Source of the DNA: Octopus sinensis
Lineage: Eukaryota
Direction: 5' to 3'
Assembly (NCBI RefSeq): GCF_006345805.1
Contig: NC_043025.1
Coordinates: 10,044,001-10,108,000 of the forward strand
DNA length: 64,000 nt
Shown here: positions 1 to 13,582 of the stretch, one piece after another
Layout: the number at the start of each line of letters is the position of its first letter
Position numbering within the stretch: the stretch's first letter is position 1
The notes under the pieces: model-generated
The model's input: the letters and a program-made list of their open reading frames with translations, nothing else
Told to the model about the DNA's origin: nothing
Database searches by the model: none
Position numbers and translations under genes: made by a program

Positions 1-590
1 CAAGAACCGCATTCTTCAGAAAAACTCAGTTTCAAAAGAAGCTCTATATTTTATGGTTCTCTAAGCTTCAAACACAATCTTATTGATTTCAAAGTAACTG
101 TGGAAATATCTACACCAAATGCTAATTGTATGTGACTACTGTATACATATTTATTTATAAAAACTCTAAAAATAGTAACCGACTCTCAAGGTAAAATTGA
201 CTTTAGTATACAACAAAGAATATGTAGTGTTCAAAGATGTTCCTTCTTCTGATTCTGCCTTCAGTATTACCAATATTGACTTTACACCATCTGAAGAATC
301 AAACACTGCATAGAAAACAAAAATAGTGTTTTCAAAATAGTAGTCAATTCAAGTTGTATATTATTTGTGCAGACATATTTATTCAGAAATATGCTAAAAA
401 TAGCAGCCAACTTTCAAGGTAAAAGGTATGGTGAGTGTATGACAAAGATGGTCTTTAATGGTGTCTTCTCCTAAGACTGTACCTTCAGAAAAAGCAAAAA
501 GAGTATTTTCAAAATTAGATTATGTGTTTTTAATCTTCTGGTTTCTAAAATAACTCAAGTACACCAACATCAAAAATCAATGGAAACTGT

Positions 591-1013
591 AGTTGTGATC
601 CCTGTGCCGGTGGCACGTAAAAACCACCATCCGAATGTGGCCGATGCCAGCACCGCCTTAACTGGCTTCCGTGCCGGTGGCACGTAAAAAGCACCATCCA
701 TTCGTGGCCGTTGCCAGCGCCGCCCCGACTGGCCTCATGCCAGTGGCACGTAAAAGGCACCATCCGTTCGTGGCCGTTGCCAGCCTTCGTCTGGCAACCC
801 TGTGCCAGTGGCAACATAAAAGTACCCACTACACTCATGGAGTGGTTGGCGTTAAGGAAGGGCCACTCCCCCACCCCGCGTAGCAAATACGAAACCTGAT
901 GGCCCAGATCAGATCGTGGCTGGTGCAAGCCTTTCTGGCTTCCCACCCCAGTTGCACCATCCAACCCATGCCAGCATGGAAAGCGGACGCTAAACAATGA
1001 TGATGATGATGAT
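591..1013 (+). mobile_element. SINE-like retroposon with internal ~60-bp repeats and a (GAT)n tail, RTE-like 3' end
   Basis: Repeated gtgcc(g/a)gtggcacgtaaaa units, then tggttggcgttaaggaagggc ... gcatggaaagcggacgctaaac(gat)n. Other copies near 12730-13025, 31757-32131, 34545-34810, 47155-47445, 47620-47975 and 55410-55930. Confidence 0.75.
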
Positions 1014-1352
1014 ATATATATGTATGTATATATTCCAAGAAAGTTAGAGGTTGTGAATCCAACCAACTAAGGGATAATATCTATCCAATATACTGCTGAT
1101 AGAATACCCAATTATTAATACACAAGTGCTTTTTATTGCATTGCAATTACATTAAGGAGTGTACTAAATGAGTGAAAGTAAAGAGATATTTTACCATCAA
1201 TTTATTGAGCAATAAGAAAATGAAGGGGATCAATAATCGATTCATCAACTTTTCGACATTATATTATGTCAATTTATTTATTCAATAAGTTGACATAATA
1301 TAATGTCTAAAAGTTGATGGACCACCTATTGATCCCCTCCATATTTTTATTA

Positions 1353-1407
<55 letters not shown>

Positions 1408-1409
1408 TA

Positions 1410-1441
<32 letters not shown>

Positions 1442-1462
1442 CTATATATATACATATAATAT

Positions 1463-1498
<36 letters not shown>

Positions 1499-1921
1499 GG
1501 TGTGTGTATGTATATTCTATGTGTGTTTTTTCTTAGTGTCTGTGATTGTCCCCCCTTCACTGCTTCACAAGTGGTGTTGGTGTGTTTACTTCCCCATAAC
1601 TTAACAATTCAGTAAAAGAGACTGATAGAATAAGTACTAGGCTTAAAAAATATATCCTGGGGTTGATTTGTTTGACTAAAACCCACAGTCAAATGTCGCT
1701 GTCAAATACCACAGTCAAATGCCATAGTCAGATGCCACAGTCAAATATCGCTGTCAAATGTCACAGTCAAATGCTGCAAAGGACAGAAATAAGTAAAACA
1801 AAAAAAGAATTTCAAATGAAATCATGTATTCCATGGTTCTCTTTAAACGTCTAGCAATCACATAGTTCTCAAAATAATTGTAAAATTTGTACATCTAATA
1901 CTAGTTGTATATGATTTCCAA

Positions 1922-2579
1922 GATCTTTTCGGTTTGAACGGCAGTTTTTTCTAGCGGTGCCATTTGAAATTGTCACCCATAATTATGACCCTAGTATCGA
2001 TCTATTGCATTTCAATCTGTTTTAAGGTTAGGGATGGGGGGAAGGGTATCTTTTTTTCTTCACAAATGTAAATAAACCCAATCTGCTTCTTAAACAAGGG
2101 ACATATTCATACGGCACAGAATGATTTTTACCTCAATAGACGTCAGTGATTGGTTGAAATTGCAGAAATTGAAGAAAAACAACAACAAATATCTTACAAA
2201 CTATAGAATTTTCTCAATAAAGCCAAGAGAAAAAGATATTTTATAAACACATTCTACCAGAATACGATGTTTAAAATTTTTTAGTTACCTAGAAATTATG
2301 TTAAAAACTGCCGTCCAAACCGAAAAGATCCCTGTTTCTTAAACGAGGGACATATTTATATGGCACAGAATGTTTTTTACCTCAATAGACATCAGTGATT
2401 GGTTGAAATTGCAGAAATTGAAGAAAAAAAACAACAAATATCTTACAAACTATAGAATTTTCTCAATAAAGCCAAGAGAAAAAGATGTTTTATAAACACA
2501 TTCTATCAGTATACGAAGTTTAAAATTTTTTAGTTACCTAGAAATTATGTTAAAAACTGCCGTTCAAACCGAAAAGATC
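1922..2579 (+). mobile_element. Unclassified ~410-bp MITE (TIR GATCTTTTCGGTTTGAACGGCAG, 1922-2330) plus a tandem duplication of its right part
   Basis: Terminal inverted repeats at 1922 and 2330. The right ~250 bp is repeated at 2333-2579. Confidence 0.75.
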
Positions 2580-2736
2580 TGATTTCCATGTTCATATTTA
2601 TTCATAAAATCACTAAGAATAGTAGGAACCAACTCACAAGGTAAAAGTGATATAAATATGTAACAAAGAACATTTTTTTTTCATAGATGTTCTTTCCTAA
2701 GACTGTACCTTCAGTACTTCCTACATAGAACTTAAC

Positions 2737-3120
2737 GTGGAGGCGCAATGGCCCAGTGGTTAGGGCAGTGGACTCGCGGTCGTAGGATCGCGGTTTCGAT
2801 TCCCAGACCGGGCGTTGTGAGTGTTTATTGAGCGAAAACACCAAAAGTTCCACGAGGCTCCGGCAGGGGATGGTGGTGATCCCTGCTGTACTCTTTCACC
2901 ACAACTTTCTCTCACTCTTACTTCCTGTTTCTGTTGTACCTGTATTTCAAAGGGCCGGCCTTGTCACTCTCTGTGTCACGCTGAATATCCCCGAGAACTA
3001 CGTTAAGGGTACACGTGTCTGTGGAGTGCTCAGCCACTTACACGTTAATTTCACGAGCAGGCTGTTCCGGTTGATTCGGATCAACCGGAACCCTCGTCGT
3101 CGTAACCGACGGAGTGCTTC
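2737..3120 (+). mobile_element. Full-length tRNA-derived SINE
   Basis: A box TGGCCCAGTGG and B box GGTTTCGATTCC. 13-bp TSD cat(a/g)gaacttaac. Near-identical copy at about 44405-44790. Confidence 0.9.
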
Positions 3121-3644
3121 CATGGAACTTAACACCGTCTCAAAAATCAAACTCTTCGGAAAGTTACAAAAATAGAATTTTCAAAATAATTATGTATTTC
3201 GTGGTTGCTCAGTAAAATTCCGATAATCTCCCAGACATGGAATTTCCATGGATACTACCAGTTATATATGATTAGAAATATTGAAAATATTAGATAACAA
3301 CTCTCAGCGTAGAAGAAGTGACAAGTGTATTACAAAGAGTATAATTTTGAAAGATGTTCTCTCCCAAGACTGCAGCATCAGTACTATCTATGTGGACTTC
3401 ATACTACCTCAAGTCATACTCATTAGAAAATATTCAGTCTCAAAAGGAATTATGTAGATCGTGATTCAATAAGCATCTAACATAATCTCACTTATTTCGA
3501 AATGACTGTGAAATTTCCAGTATTTCAAGGTTCTCTTTAAACTTCCAACAATTTTAAAGTGTTTGAAATAGCTACAAGCAGCTTCCAACGTTTTTCCATC
3601 TGAGAGGCAGGTTTCTACCCAATTTTCTATATGCAATTATTTCA

Positions 3645-5709
3645 GATCTTTTCGGTTTGAACGGCAGTTTTTAACATAATTTCTAGGTAACTGAAAAATT
3701 TTAAACTTCATATACTGGTAGAATGTGTTTATAAAACATCTTTTTCTCTTGGCTTTATTGAGAAAATTCTATAGTTTGTAAGATATTTGTTGTTTTTTTT
3801 CTTCAATATTTGCAATTTCAACCAATCACTGATGTCTGTTGAGGTAAAAAAACATCCTATACCGTATGAATATGTCCCTCGTTTAAGAAACAGATTGGGT
3901 TTATTTACATTTGTGAAGAAAAAAAGATACCCTACCCCCACCCCTAACCTTAACCCTAAGATAGATTGGAATGCAATAGATTGATTCTAGGGTCATAATT
4001 ATGGGTGACAATTTCATATGACACCGCTAGAAAAAACTGCCGTTCAAATTGTCCCGCATAATTATGACCCTAGTATCAATCTATTTCAATCTGTTTTGGT
4101 GTTAGGGTTAGTTAGGGTTAGGGGGGAGGGGAGGGTATCTTTTTTCTTCACAAATGTAAATAAACCCAATCTGTTTCTTAAACAAGGGACATATTCATAC
4201 GGCACAGAATGTTTTTTACCTCAATAGACGTCAGTGATTGGTTGAAATTGCATAAATTGAAGAAAAAAAACAACAAATATCTTATAAACTATAGAGTTTT
4301 CTCAATAAAGCCAAGAGAAAAAGATGTTTTATAAAGTACCAGTATACCTAGTTTAACCCTTTCGTTACTATATTTCTGACCAAAATACACCCCTTATGTG
4401 TTTCAATTAATTTCTAACGTAATCATAAATTTAGTCTGGTTTCATTAAACAACTATAACTTTTTTATTTATCAATATATTAAAGTGATTTTTGGAAGATA
4501 ATTTAATGAAATGTTCTCAACCAATTCTATACTATAATTTTTGTCACAAAGTGACTCTAATTGCAGGTAGATACAGGTAAATTCAACAAAATATAAAATT
4601 ATAAAAATTTTGTTCAAATATCACTATAGAAAATGGGTTATTAGCTAATATTCAATTGGGTATACAACAAAATTTTACGATAGAATTTGTTATTCTGGGT
4701 AACTTTCTGATACCCATAATAATATTTATGGCAAAATAGGCCTTAATTTCATTTAAGGTTGTGGGAAATAACAAACTATCCTTTCTTTCTTTAGCATAAC
4801 GGTTCGTTTCCGCCGTAATGATTTCAAATAGGCTCATTCGAAAAAGTAAAAAGAAATAGTCTAAGGCTTTACTCTCCTGGGAAAGTCTGTGGCTTGGTCC
4901 AGTTTCTTCAGAAAAATCACCGAAAGAAACAGTTTTTAAATTTTCACTCCATTCAGGTGCCAATTCATTTTCTTTATCGCTGTCGGAGCTCTCGGATTCA
5001 CTGTTTTCACTTTCGGAAAATGAAACATCAGATTCATTATCAAATACCACGTGCTTTTTTTTTCAGTTATAGAGTTAGATTTATCAAGGTCTTCAGTAGA
5101 AAATCCTTCGAATTCTGACTCGCTGCTTGATATAATGAAATTCGTATCCATTTTTTGTCAGAATTACAAATTTTGAAAACACAATAGGAACAAATTTCGG
5201 AAAAAAATCTCCCAAAATTCACAGAATTAAAATTACACTTCATTCGTTGTTTACGAAATATAATCACTTGTTTTCACGAATGTACTAAAGAGATTTGCTC
5301 TGATATTCTCATTTAAATATGAATAGGTAAATACGGGCGGGTTTGGTCGGTTTGGTCACATTAACCAAAATTTTTTTCGGGCGGCTTTGGGCGGTTTGGT
5401 AACGAAAAGGTTAAAAGTGTTTAGTTACATGGAAATGATTTTAAAAAACTGCTGTTCAAACCGAAAAGATCCAAACGAGGGACATATTCATACGGCACAG
5501 AATGTTTTTTACCTCAATAGACGTCAGTGATTGGTTGAAATTGCAGAAATTGAAGAAAAAAAAACAAATATCTTACAAACTATAGAATTTTTTCAATAAA
5601 GCCAAGAGAAAAAGATGTTTTATAAACACATTCTATCAGTATACGAAGTTTTAAATTTTTTAGTTACCTAGAAATTATGTTAAAAACTGCCATTCAAACC
5701 GAAAAGATC
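3645..5709. mobile_element. Cluster of GATCTTTTCGG-TIR MITE copies in both orientations, interrupted by a piggyBac element
   Basis: Inverted copy at 3645-4047, forward partial copy at 4046-5471 and further duplication at 5473-5709. Same sequence as 1922-2330. Confidence 0.75.
4357..5410 (-). mobile_element. Internally deleted piggyBac DNA transposon retaining the transposase N-terminus
   Basis: TTAA on both sides (4353-4356, 5411-5414). TIRs CCCTTTCGTTAC and GTAACGAAAAGG. ORF 4652-5050 encodes an acidic N-terminus followed by ALDYFFLLF...IITAETNRYA...TTLNEIKAYFAINIIMGI, typical of PGBD (DDE_Tnp_1_7) transposases. Confidence 0.88.
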
Positions 5710-6339
5710 CCGTTCTTCTAATTTTCTAAGACAGCAGAGAAGGCAAAGTAGATGTCTAGCTGTTATTTCCATCAGACCAAATAACAACATGGAGATTGTC
5801 TTAGGGCTACAATATTGGTATTCGCATTTAATTGGTTGTTTAAGAGAAAGAGGCTATTCTAGTGCAAACTGATTGTTAAATTTGAAAGAAGTTTGTCTGC
5901 AGAGAATGTCGGTTCAATCCCAGGTGGTCACCCACAAGCAAAATAATATATCTATTCATATATTGTTTTTTTTATATACTCTGTTATTTTTAGATATATA
6001 TATATTTTTCTGAACTTAACACTTATGTTTCATTATGGATTATTTCTGGCGGTGATGGTGTCAGTGGTAGTGGTGGTGATGGTGGTGCTGCTGCTGCAGG
6101 TGATGATGGGGATGATGGTAGGTTTGGCAGTGAAGTGAAAGAGGAGTAGTGGTGATGGTGGTAATATTGATGGTGGAGTGAAGGAATAGTGGTGGTGGTG
6201 GTTATACTGATCTCGGTGGTGGTAGAGGGACTGGTAATTGTAATGGTGGGGAAGGTGGTTGGTGTGGGGGAAGGGGTAAAGCTGTAGTGGTGGTGGTGGT
6301 GGTAATTGTTGTTGTTATAGTTATGTCATAGTGGTTCTG

Positions 6340-7106
6340 GTGGAGGTGGTGGTGGTGGCGACGGTGGTGTTGGTGGTGGCAGTAGAAATGATTTTGGTAG
6401 AGTGGCAAAAGATGTGGAGATGGTGGTAGTGGTAAAAGTAGTGGTGGCGATGGTGGTGTGGTGGTGGTGTGTGGTGTTGGTGGTGGCAGTAGAAATGATT
6501 TTGGTAGAGTGGCAAAAGATGTGGAGATGGTGGTAGTGGTAAAAGTAGTGGTGGCGATGGTGGTGTGGTGGTGGTGTGTGGTGGTGGTGGTGGCAGTAGA
6601 AATGATTTTGGTAGAGTGGCAAAAGATGTGGAGGTGATGATGATGGTAAAAGTAGTGGTGGTGATGGTGGTGTGTGGTGGTGGTGTGTGGTGGTGGTGGT
6701 GGTGGTGGCAGTAGAAATGATTTTGGTAGAGTGGCGAAAGATGTGGAGATGGTGGTAGTGGTAAAAGTAGTGGTGGCGATGGTGGTGTGGTGGTGGTGTG
6801 TGGTGGTGGTGGTGGCAGTAGAAATGATTTTGGTAGAGTGGCAAAAGATGTGGAGATGGTGGTAGTGGTAAAAGTAGTGGTGGCGATGGTGGTGTGGTGG
6901 TGGTGTGTGGTGGTGGTGGTGGCAGTAGAAATGATTTTGGTAGAGTGGCAAAAGATGTGGAGATGGTGGTAGTGGTAAAAGTAGTGGTGGCGATGGTGGT
7001 GTGTGGTGGTGGTGTGTGGTGGTGGTGGTGGTGGTGGCAGTAGAAATGATTTTGGTAGAGTGGCGAAAGATGTGGAGATGGTGGTAGTGGTAAAAGTAGT
7101 GGTGGC
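6340..7106. repeat. GGT-rich ~108-bp minisatellite, about 7 copies, running into the assembly gap
   Basis: The core ggcagtagaaatgattttggtagagtggc recurs near 6378, 6486, 6591, 6707, 6813, 6921 and 7036. Confidence 0.9.
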
Positions 7107-7206
7107 NNNNNNNNNNNNNNNNNNNNNNNNNNNNNNNNNNNNNNNNNNNNNNNNNNNNNNNNNNNNNNNNNNNNNNNNNNNNNNNNNNNNNNNNNNNNNN
7201 NNNNNN
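7107..7206. other. Assembly gap (100 N)
   Basis: Run of exactly 100 N, the usual placeholder for a gap of unknown size. Confidence 0.99.
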
Positions 7207-8094
7207 CTGATAGTAGAGGTGGGGGTGGTGGTTGTGGCAGCGTTAGTGGTGGTGGCGTTGGTGGTGGTGCAGAGGCAGAGGCAAGGGTGTTGCGTTTGGG
7301 GTAGTGCAGAAATGGCAGCAAGGAGGTTGTAGTGATGAGTAAGTTTCCATAACAGGAGAACACCAATAATGGCATAAATCCACCCGCCACCCCTTTCAGC
7401 TTTGACTGTATTCTATCCACCCACCCCACATCTACCCATGGCTATCGCACATCCATGAACACACAGCAACTGCAGTCCTTATCTGTCAAGCATCCACACA
7501 TCCGGCAGACCCACCCCGGGCCTCTGAGACTAGCCACCAACTGACTCATCCACCCTCTGAAAGCCTTCTTCCCCCATCATCCCCACCCGGTATCAATCTA
7601 CCCATCCACCCATCCAGTGAGCCACCCATCTATCCCATATGATGCACAACACCTAGCAAATAGCCCTGTTAAGAGATAGCAGTCGAATTGCCCTCAAATC
7701 CCCACCCCATTGTCTTATGTGTGTATATATGCGTGGAACCTTGGGCAAGTGTCTTCTGCTATAGCCCCGGGCCGACCAATGCCTTGTGAGTGGATTTGGT
7801 AGACGGAAACTGAAAGAAGCCTGTCGTATATATGTATATATATATATAATATATATGTATGTGTGTGTGTGTGTTTGTGTGTCTGTGTTTGTCCCTGTAG
7901 CATTGCTTGACAACTGATGCTGGTGTGTTTACATCCCCGTCACTTAGCGGTTCAGCAAAAGAGACAGATAGAATAAGTACTGAGCTTACAAAGAATAAGT
8001 CCCGGGGTCGATTTGCTCGACTAAAGGCGGTGCTCCAGCATGGCCGCAGTCAAAATGACTGAAACAAATAAAAGAAAGATAAAAGATAAAGATA

Positions 8095-10421
8095 TATATG
8101 TGCCAATAAGCAAGAACTCTACATGGCAGCTGGATCTGAATCTGCTAGAAATAACAGCCAAATCTCCCCCAAACCATACCCACATATACATATGTATATA
8201 TGTATGAGCCAATAACAGAGAACTCTACATGGTAGCTGGATCTGAATCTGCTAGAAATAACAGCCAAATCTCCCCAAACCATACCCACATATACATATGT
8301 ATATGTATGAGCCATAACAGAGAACTCTACATGGTAGCTGGATCTGAATCTGCTAGAAAATACAGCAAATCTCCTCCAACCATACCCACATATACATATG
8401 TATATATGTATGAGACCAATACAGAGAACTCTACATGGTAGCTGGATCTGAATCTGCTAGAAATAACAGCCAAATCTCCCCCAACCATACCCACATATAC
8501 ATATGTATATTGTATGAGCCAATAAACAGAACTCTACATGGTAGCTGGATCTGAATCTGCTAGAAATAACAGCCAAATCTCCCCCAAACCATACCCACAT
8601 ATACATATGTATATATGTATGAGCCAATAACAGAGAACTCTACATGGTAGCTGGATCTGAATCTGCTAGAAATAACAGCCAAATCTCCCCCAAACCATAC
8701 CCACATATACATATGTATATATGTATGAGCCAATAACAGAGAACTCTACATGGTAGCTGGATCTGAATCTGCTAGAAATAACAGCCAAATCTCCCCAACC
8801 AAACCACATATACATATGTATATATGTATGAGCCAATAACAGAGAACTCTACATGGTAGCTGGATCTGAATCTGCTAGAAATAACAGCCAAATCCCCCAA
8901 ACCATACCCACATATACTATGTATATATGTATGAGCCAATAACAGAGACTCTACATGGTAGCTGGATCTGAATCTGCTAGAAATACACAGCAAATCTCCT
9001 CCAAACATAACACACATATCATTGTCTATATGTATGAGCCAATAACAGAGAACTCTACATGGTAGCTGGATCTGAATCTGCTAGAAAAACAGCCAAATCC
9101 CCCAAACCATACCCACATATACATATGTATATATGTATGAGCCATAACAGAGAACTCTACATGGTAGCTGGATCTGAATCTGCTAGAAATAACAGCCAAA
9201 TCTCCCCCAAACCATACCCACATATACATATGTATATATGTATGAGCCAATAACAGAGAACTCTACATGGTAGCTGGATTTGGTAGAAATAACAGCCAAA
9301 TCTCCCCCAAACCATACCCACATATACATATGTATATATGTATGAGCCAATAAGCAAGAACTCTACATGGTAGCTGGATCTGAATCTGCTAGAAATAACA
9401 GCCAAATCTCCCCCAAACCATACCCACATATACATATGTATATATATATGAGCCAATAACAGAGAACTCTACATGGTAGCTGGATCTGAATCTGCTAGAA
9501 ATAACAGCCAAATCTCCCCCAAACCATACCCACATATACATATGTATATATGTATGAGCCAATAACAGAGAACTCTACATGGTAGCTGGATTTGGTAGAA
9601 ATAACAGCCAAATTTCCCTGCAACTCACACTCTTGAGCCGATAAAGGAGAACTCTACATGGTAGAAATAGCAGCCAAATCTCCCTGAAACTCACACTCTT
9701 TGAGCCAATAAGGGAGAACTCTACATGGTAGCTGGATTTGGTAGAAATAACAGCCAAATTTCCCTGCAACTCACACTCTTGAGCCGATAAAGGAGAACTC
9801 TACATGGTAGAAATAGCAGCCAAATCTCCCTGAAACTCACACTCTTGAGCCGATAAGGGAGAACTCTACATGTTAGCTGGATTTGGTAGAAATAGCAGCC
9901 AAATCTCCCTGAACTCACACACTTGAACCAGTAAGGAAGACCTCTACATGGTAGTGAGACCTGCAACAAATAGCTGCCAAATCACACCCTAGAGTCATAT
10001 GTATATATGAGCCAATGAGGGACACCCCTACATGGTAGTTAAACCTGTTAGTAATAGCAGCCAAATCTACCTCATATCATGCCCTACTGGTTTCTTTATG
10101 TAGATATTTGTGTATGAGTCAATGAGGAAGACCTCTACATTGTACTTACATTAGCTAGAGATAGCAGCCAAATCTCCTGGACACATCTTATTTTATTCTG
10201 TATGTATATATGTATGACCCAATAAGGGAGAACTCTACATGGTAGCTTGACCTGGTAGAAATATCAGCTAAATGTCCATCAAATGACATCCTTCTGTATT
10301 CTGTATGTATATATGTATGAATCAATGAAGGAGACCACTACATGGTAGCTAAACCTGCTAGAAATAGCGGCCAAATCTTTCTCAAATCACACAATACTGT
10401 CTTATATGTGTATATGCAATC

Positions 10422-10454
<33 letters not shown>

Positions 10455-10560
10455 TATATATATATATATGAGTCAGTGAAGGAGACCTCTACATGGCAGC
10501 TAAACCTGTTAGAAATAGCAGTCAAACCTCCCTCAAATCACACCCTACTCTCTTAAGAAA
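8095..10560. repeat. Tandem array: about 15 homogeneous ~104-bp units, then shorter variant units, then diverged units
   Basis: Unit gagccaataacagagaactctacatggtagctggatctgaatctgctagaaataacagccaaatctcc... A related array lies at about 49260-49730. Confidence 0.9.
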
Positions 10561-10689
10561 GGAATGACTGGATAATATTCTGCTGGGTTCTTTGTAGATA
10601 AGCAAAAGACAGGATGGTCAAGCTATAAAGCCTTTGAACATAGGTCTGTTTGATCAGATATCAACAGTAATAATAGCAACCATCTTCCT

Positions 10690-11627
10690 ACCCTGACATA
10701 CCAACACACACACACTACTATCAGCATCACCGGCACTTCAACCACCAACACCACCACCAACACCAACACTACCATCAGTATTACTATTGCTACCAAAACC
10801 ACCACCACCACTTCCATCACCATCACCGCCACCAACACCCTGATCCACCACCACCACCACCACCATAGCCATCACCACCACCATCACCATTCATCACCAC
10901 CACCACCTCACCACCGCCACCACCATCACCACCACTGCCATCAACATCCTGATCCACCACCACCACCACCATAGCCATCACCACTACCATCACCATCACC
11001 ACAGCCATCACTACCACCACTACCATTCCCCGCCATCATCTCCACCACCACCACCACCTCACCACTGCCACCACCATCACCACCACTTCCATCATCATCA
11101 CTGCCAACAACATCCTGATCCACCACCACCACCACCACCACCCTAGCCATCACCACTACCATCACCATCACCACAGCCATCACTACCACCACTACCATTC
11201 CCCCCCCCGCCATCATCTCCACCACCGTCAGCACTATTCACCACCACCACCATCTTCCACCGACCCCACCACTTGCTGATCCACTTTGCACCACCCACTG
11301 CCCCTACATATATCACATAAACTCCAGCCAACCCCACAGCACCCACCCAACCAACCAACCAACCAACCATTGGGTGGTTTTATCTATGAATCACATACCT
11401 ACAGTAAATTGCCCATCAACAAAAAAGTACCCTACCATGGCCACCCTTATCTATTGACCACCCATCAAGCATACACATTATGAAGAATTATGGGAAGACT
11501 ACAAAGCGAGAGAGAGAGAGGAGAGGAGGAAAGAAAGAAAATGGGAGAGAGAGGGTAAGGAGGAGAATTGAAATTCTGCATAATAATAGATGGAAATTAT
11601 AAGTTATCATCGTCATCATCGTCATCG

Positions 11628-11659
<32 letters not shown>

Positions 11660-11744
11660 GTCATCGTCATCGTCATCATCATCATCATCATCATCGTCAT
11701 CATCATCGTCATCATCGTCATCGTCATCATCATCATCGTCATCA

Positions 11745-11798
<54 letters not shown>

Positions 11799-11809
11799 TC
11801 GTCATCGTC

Positions 11810-11841
<32 letters not shown>

Positions 11842-11880
11842 CATCATCACCATCGTCATCGTCATCATCATCATCATTAT
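10690..11880. repeat. (ACC/ATC)n low-complexity tract and (CAT/CGT)n microsatellite
   Basis: Direct inspection. Source of the poly-Asp, poly-Ser and poly-His ORFs in the track. Confidence 0.9.
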
Positions 11881-12105
11881 TATTCATGCTGCACAAAAGG
11901 CTTAGTGGTATTTCGCCTGTCGCTACATTCTGAGTTCAAATTCCGTCGAGGGGTTGACTTTGATTTTCATCCTTTCGGGGTTAATAAATTAAGTACCGGA
12001 GAAATACTGGGGGATGATGCACTCAACTAGTTCCCTCCGACCAAATTTCAGGCCTTGTGCCTTCAGTAGAAAGGATTATTATAATTATTATTATTATTAT
12101 TATTA

Positions 12106-12542
12106 TGTTTTTTTCCTTCTTTCTTCAAATTTTCTTCCGTTTCTCGCCGAGTGTTTTCCATACACCTAGGGCAGAGAAGCTCATTGTATGCATTCCCAGA
12201 TTACACGCGCAAATTCACAGATAAAATATGTATTTAAAAATTAATAAATAAATAAAATCATGGATGGATGTTGTTTTCACAGCGATAGTGCTCATCTCAG
12301 TACATGAGCCGTTCCAGTTAATACGATTTTTTGCACTTCCTGTAGGGATGGTAAGCCTGGAATCATTTTCAAATAAGTTTCAGTACCTTTTTTAATCATT
12401 CCTAGAGATCCTACAATCACTGGTACTGTAGTTGCCTTGAGATGCCACATTTTTTTCAATTTCTATTAGCAGGTCTTTATATTTACTAATCTTGTGAAAT
12501 TCTTTCGCTGCTATATTGTGATCACAGGGAATACTCATGTCA

Positions 12543-12545
<3 letters not shown>
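12106..12545 (-). mobile_element. 5'-truncated Dong/R4-clade non-LTR retrotransposon (restriction-like endonuclease C-terminus and 3' UTR)
   Basis: Minus strand reads IDMSIPCDHNIAAKEFHKISKYKDLLIEIEK, then after a frameshift HLKATTVPVIVGSLGMIKKG...EVQKIVLTGTAHVLR. Flanked on both sides by (TAA)n/(TTA)n. Confidence 0.8.
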
Positions 12546-12579
<34 letters not shown>

Positions 12580-12609
12580 GTAATTATTATTATTATTTTA
12601 TTATTATTA

Positions 12610-12653
<44 letters not shown>

Positions 12654-13349
12654 GAGTGAGAGAGCAGTGCATGCAATCAAAGTGCTTCCTCCCCTATCAA
12701 AAGTTTTTGTCTTGCAAGGTACTTGGTGACCCTGTCAGTGCGGGTGCCACTTAAAAGCACCTAGTCCACACTGAAAAGTGTTTGGTGTTCGGAAGGGCAT
12801 CCAGCTGTAAAAAACCTCACCAAAACTGACCTCGCCTGTGTTTGTGCCACATAAAAAGCACTAAGTCCACTCTGCTGAGTGGTTGGTGTTAGGAAGGGCG
12901 TCCAGCTGTAAAAATCCTGCCAAAACAGTCACAGAGGTCTGGTGCAGGCTTCGACCTGGATGGCTCTTGTGGTACCGTCCCACCCATGCTAGCATAGAAC
13001 ACAGATGTTAGATGATGATGATGATATACGTATTAGATACTAAAACAAATGATTTGCCCCTGGTAGCTTACTGGTAAAGCACGGTCACTTTCTGAGTGTT
13101 CGTTACGCATATGGCAAATGAAAGACGGAATATGGAATACTCTTTTACTCTTTTACTTGTTTCAGTCATTTGGCTGCGGCCATGCTGGAGCACCGCCTTT
13201 GGTCAAGCAAATCGACCCCAGGACTTATTCTTGGTAAATCTAGTACTATTCTATTGGTCTCTTGCTGAACCGCTAAGTCACAGGGATGTCAACACACCAG
13301 CATTGATTGTCAAGCGATGTTGGGGAGACAAACACAGACACACAAACAT

Positions 13350-13384
<35 letters not shown>

Positions 13385-13582
13385 CACGATTCTTTTCAGT
13401 TTCCGTATACCAAATCCACTCACAAGGCTTGCATATATGTATGTATATATATATGTATGTTTGTATGTATGCATACATATATGTATGTATGCACGCATGC
13501 ATATATATATATATGCATATATATATGTATGTGTAAATGTATGTATGAATATATGTAAATAAGAATGCATTTATGTATGTAT

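Noticed and set aside
2737-2815. tRNA gene (also at 22650-22726, 40430-40500 and 44405-44480)
   Set aside because: A and B boxes are present, but each head continues into a SINE body and tail, with TSDs at 2737 and 22412. No convincing cloverleaf or oligo-T terminator.
6202-7429. Long His/Pro/Thr-rich ORFs (249 and 367 aa)
   Set aside because: Translations of a GGT-rich minisatellite. They are open in several frames and one spans the N gap.
13045-13100. Possible C/D snoRNA or small exon in a unique island
   Set aside because: The C box is non-consensus, the C-to-D distance is too short and the splice signals are weak.
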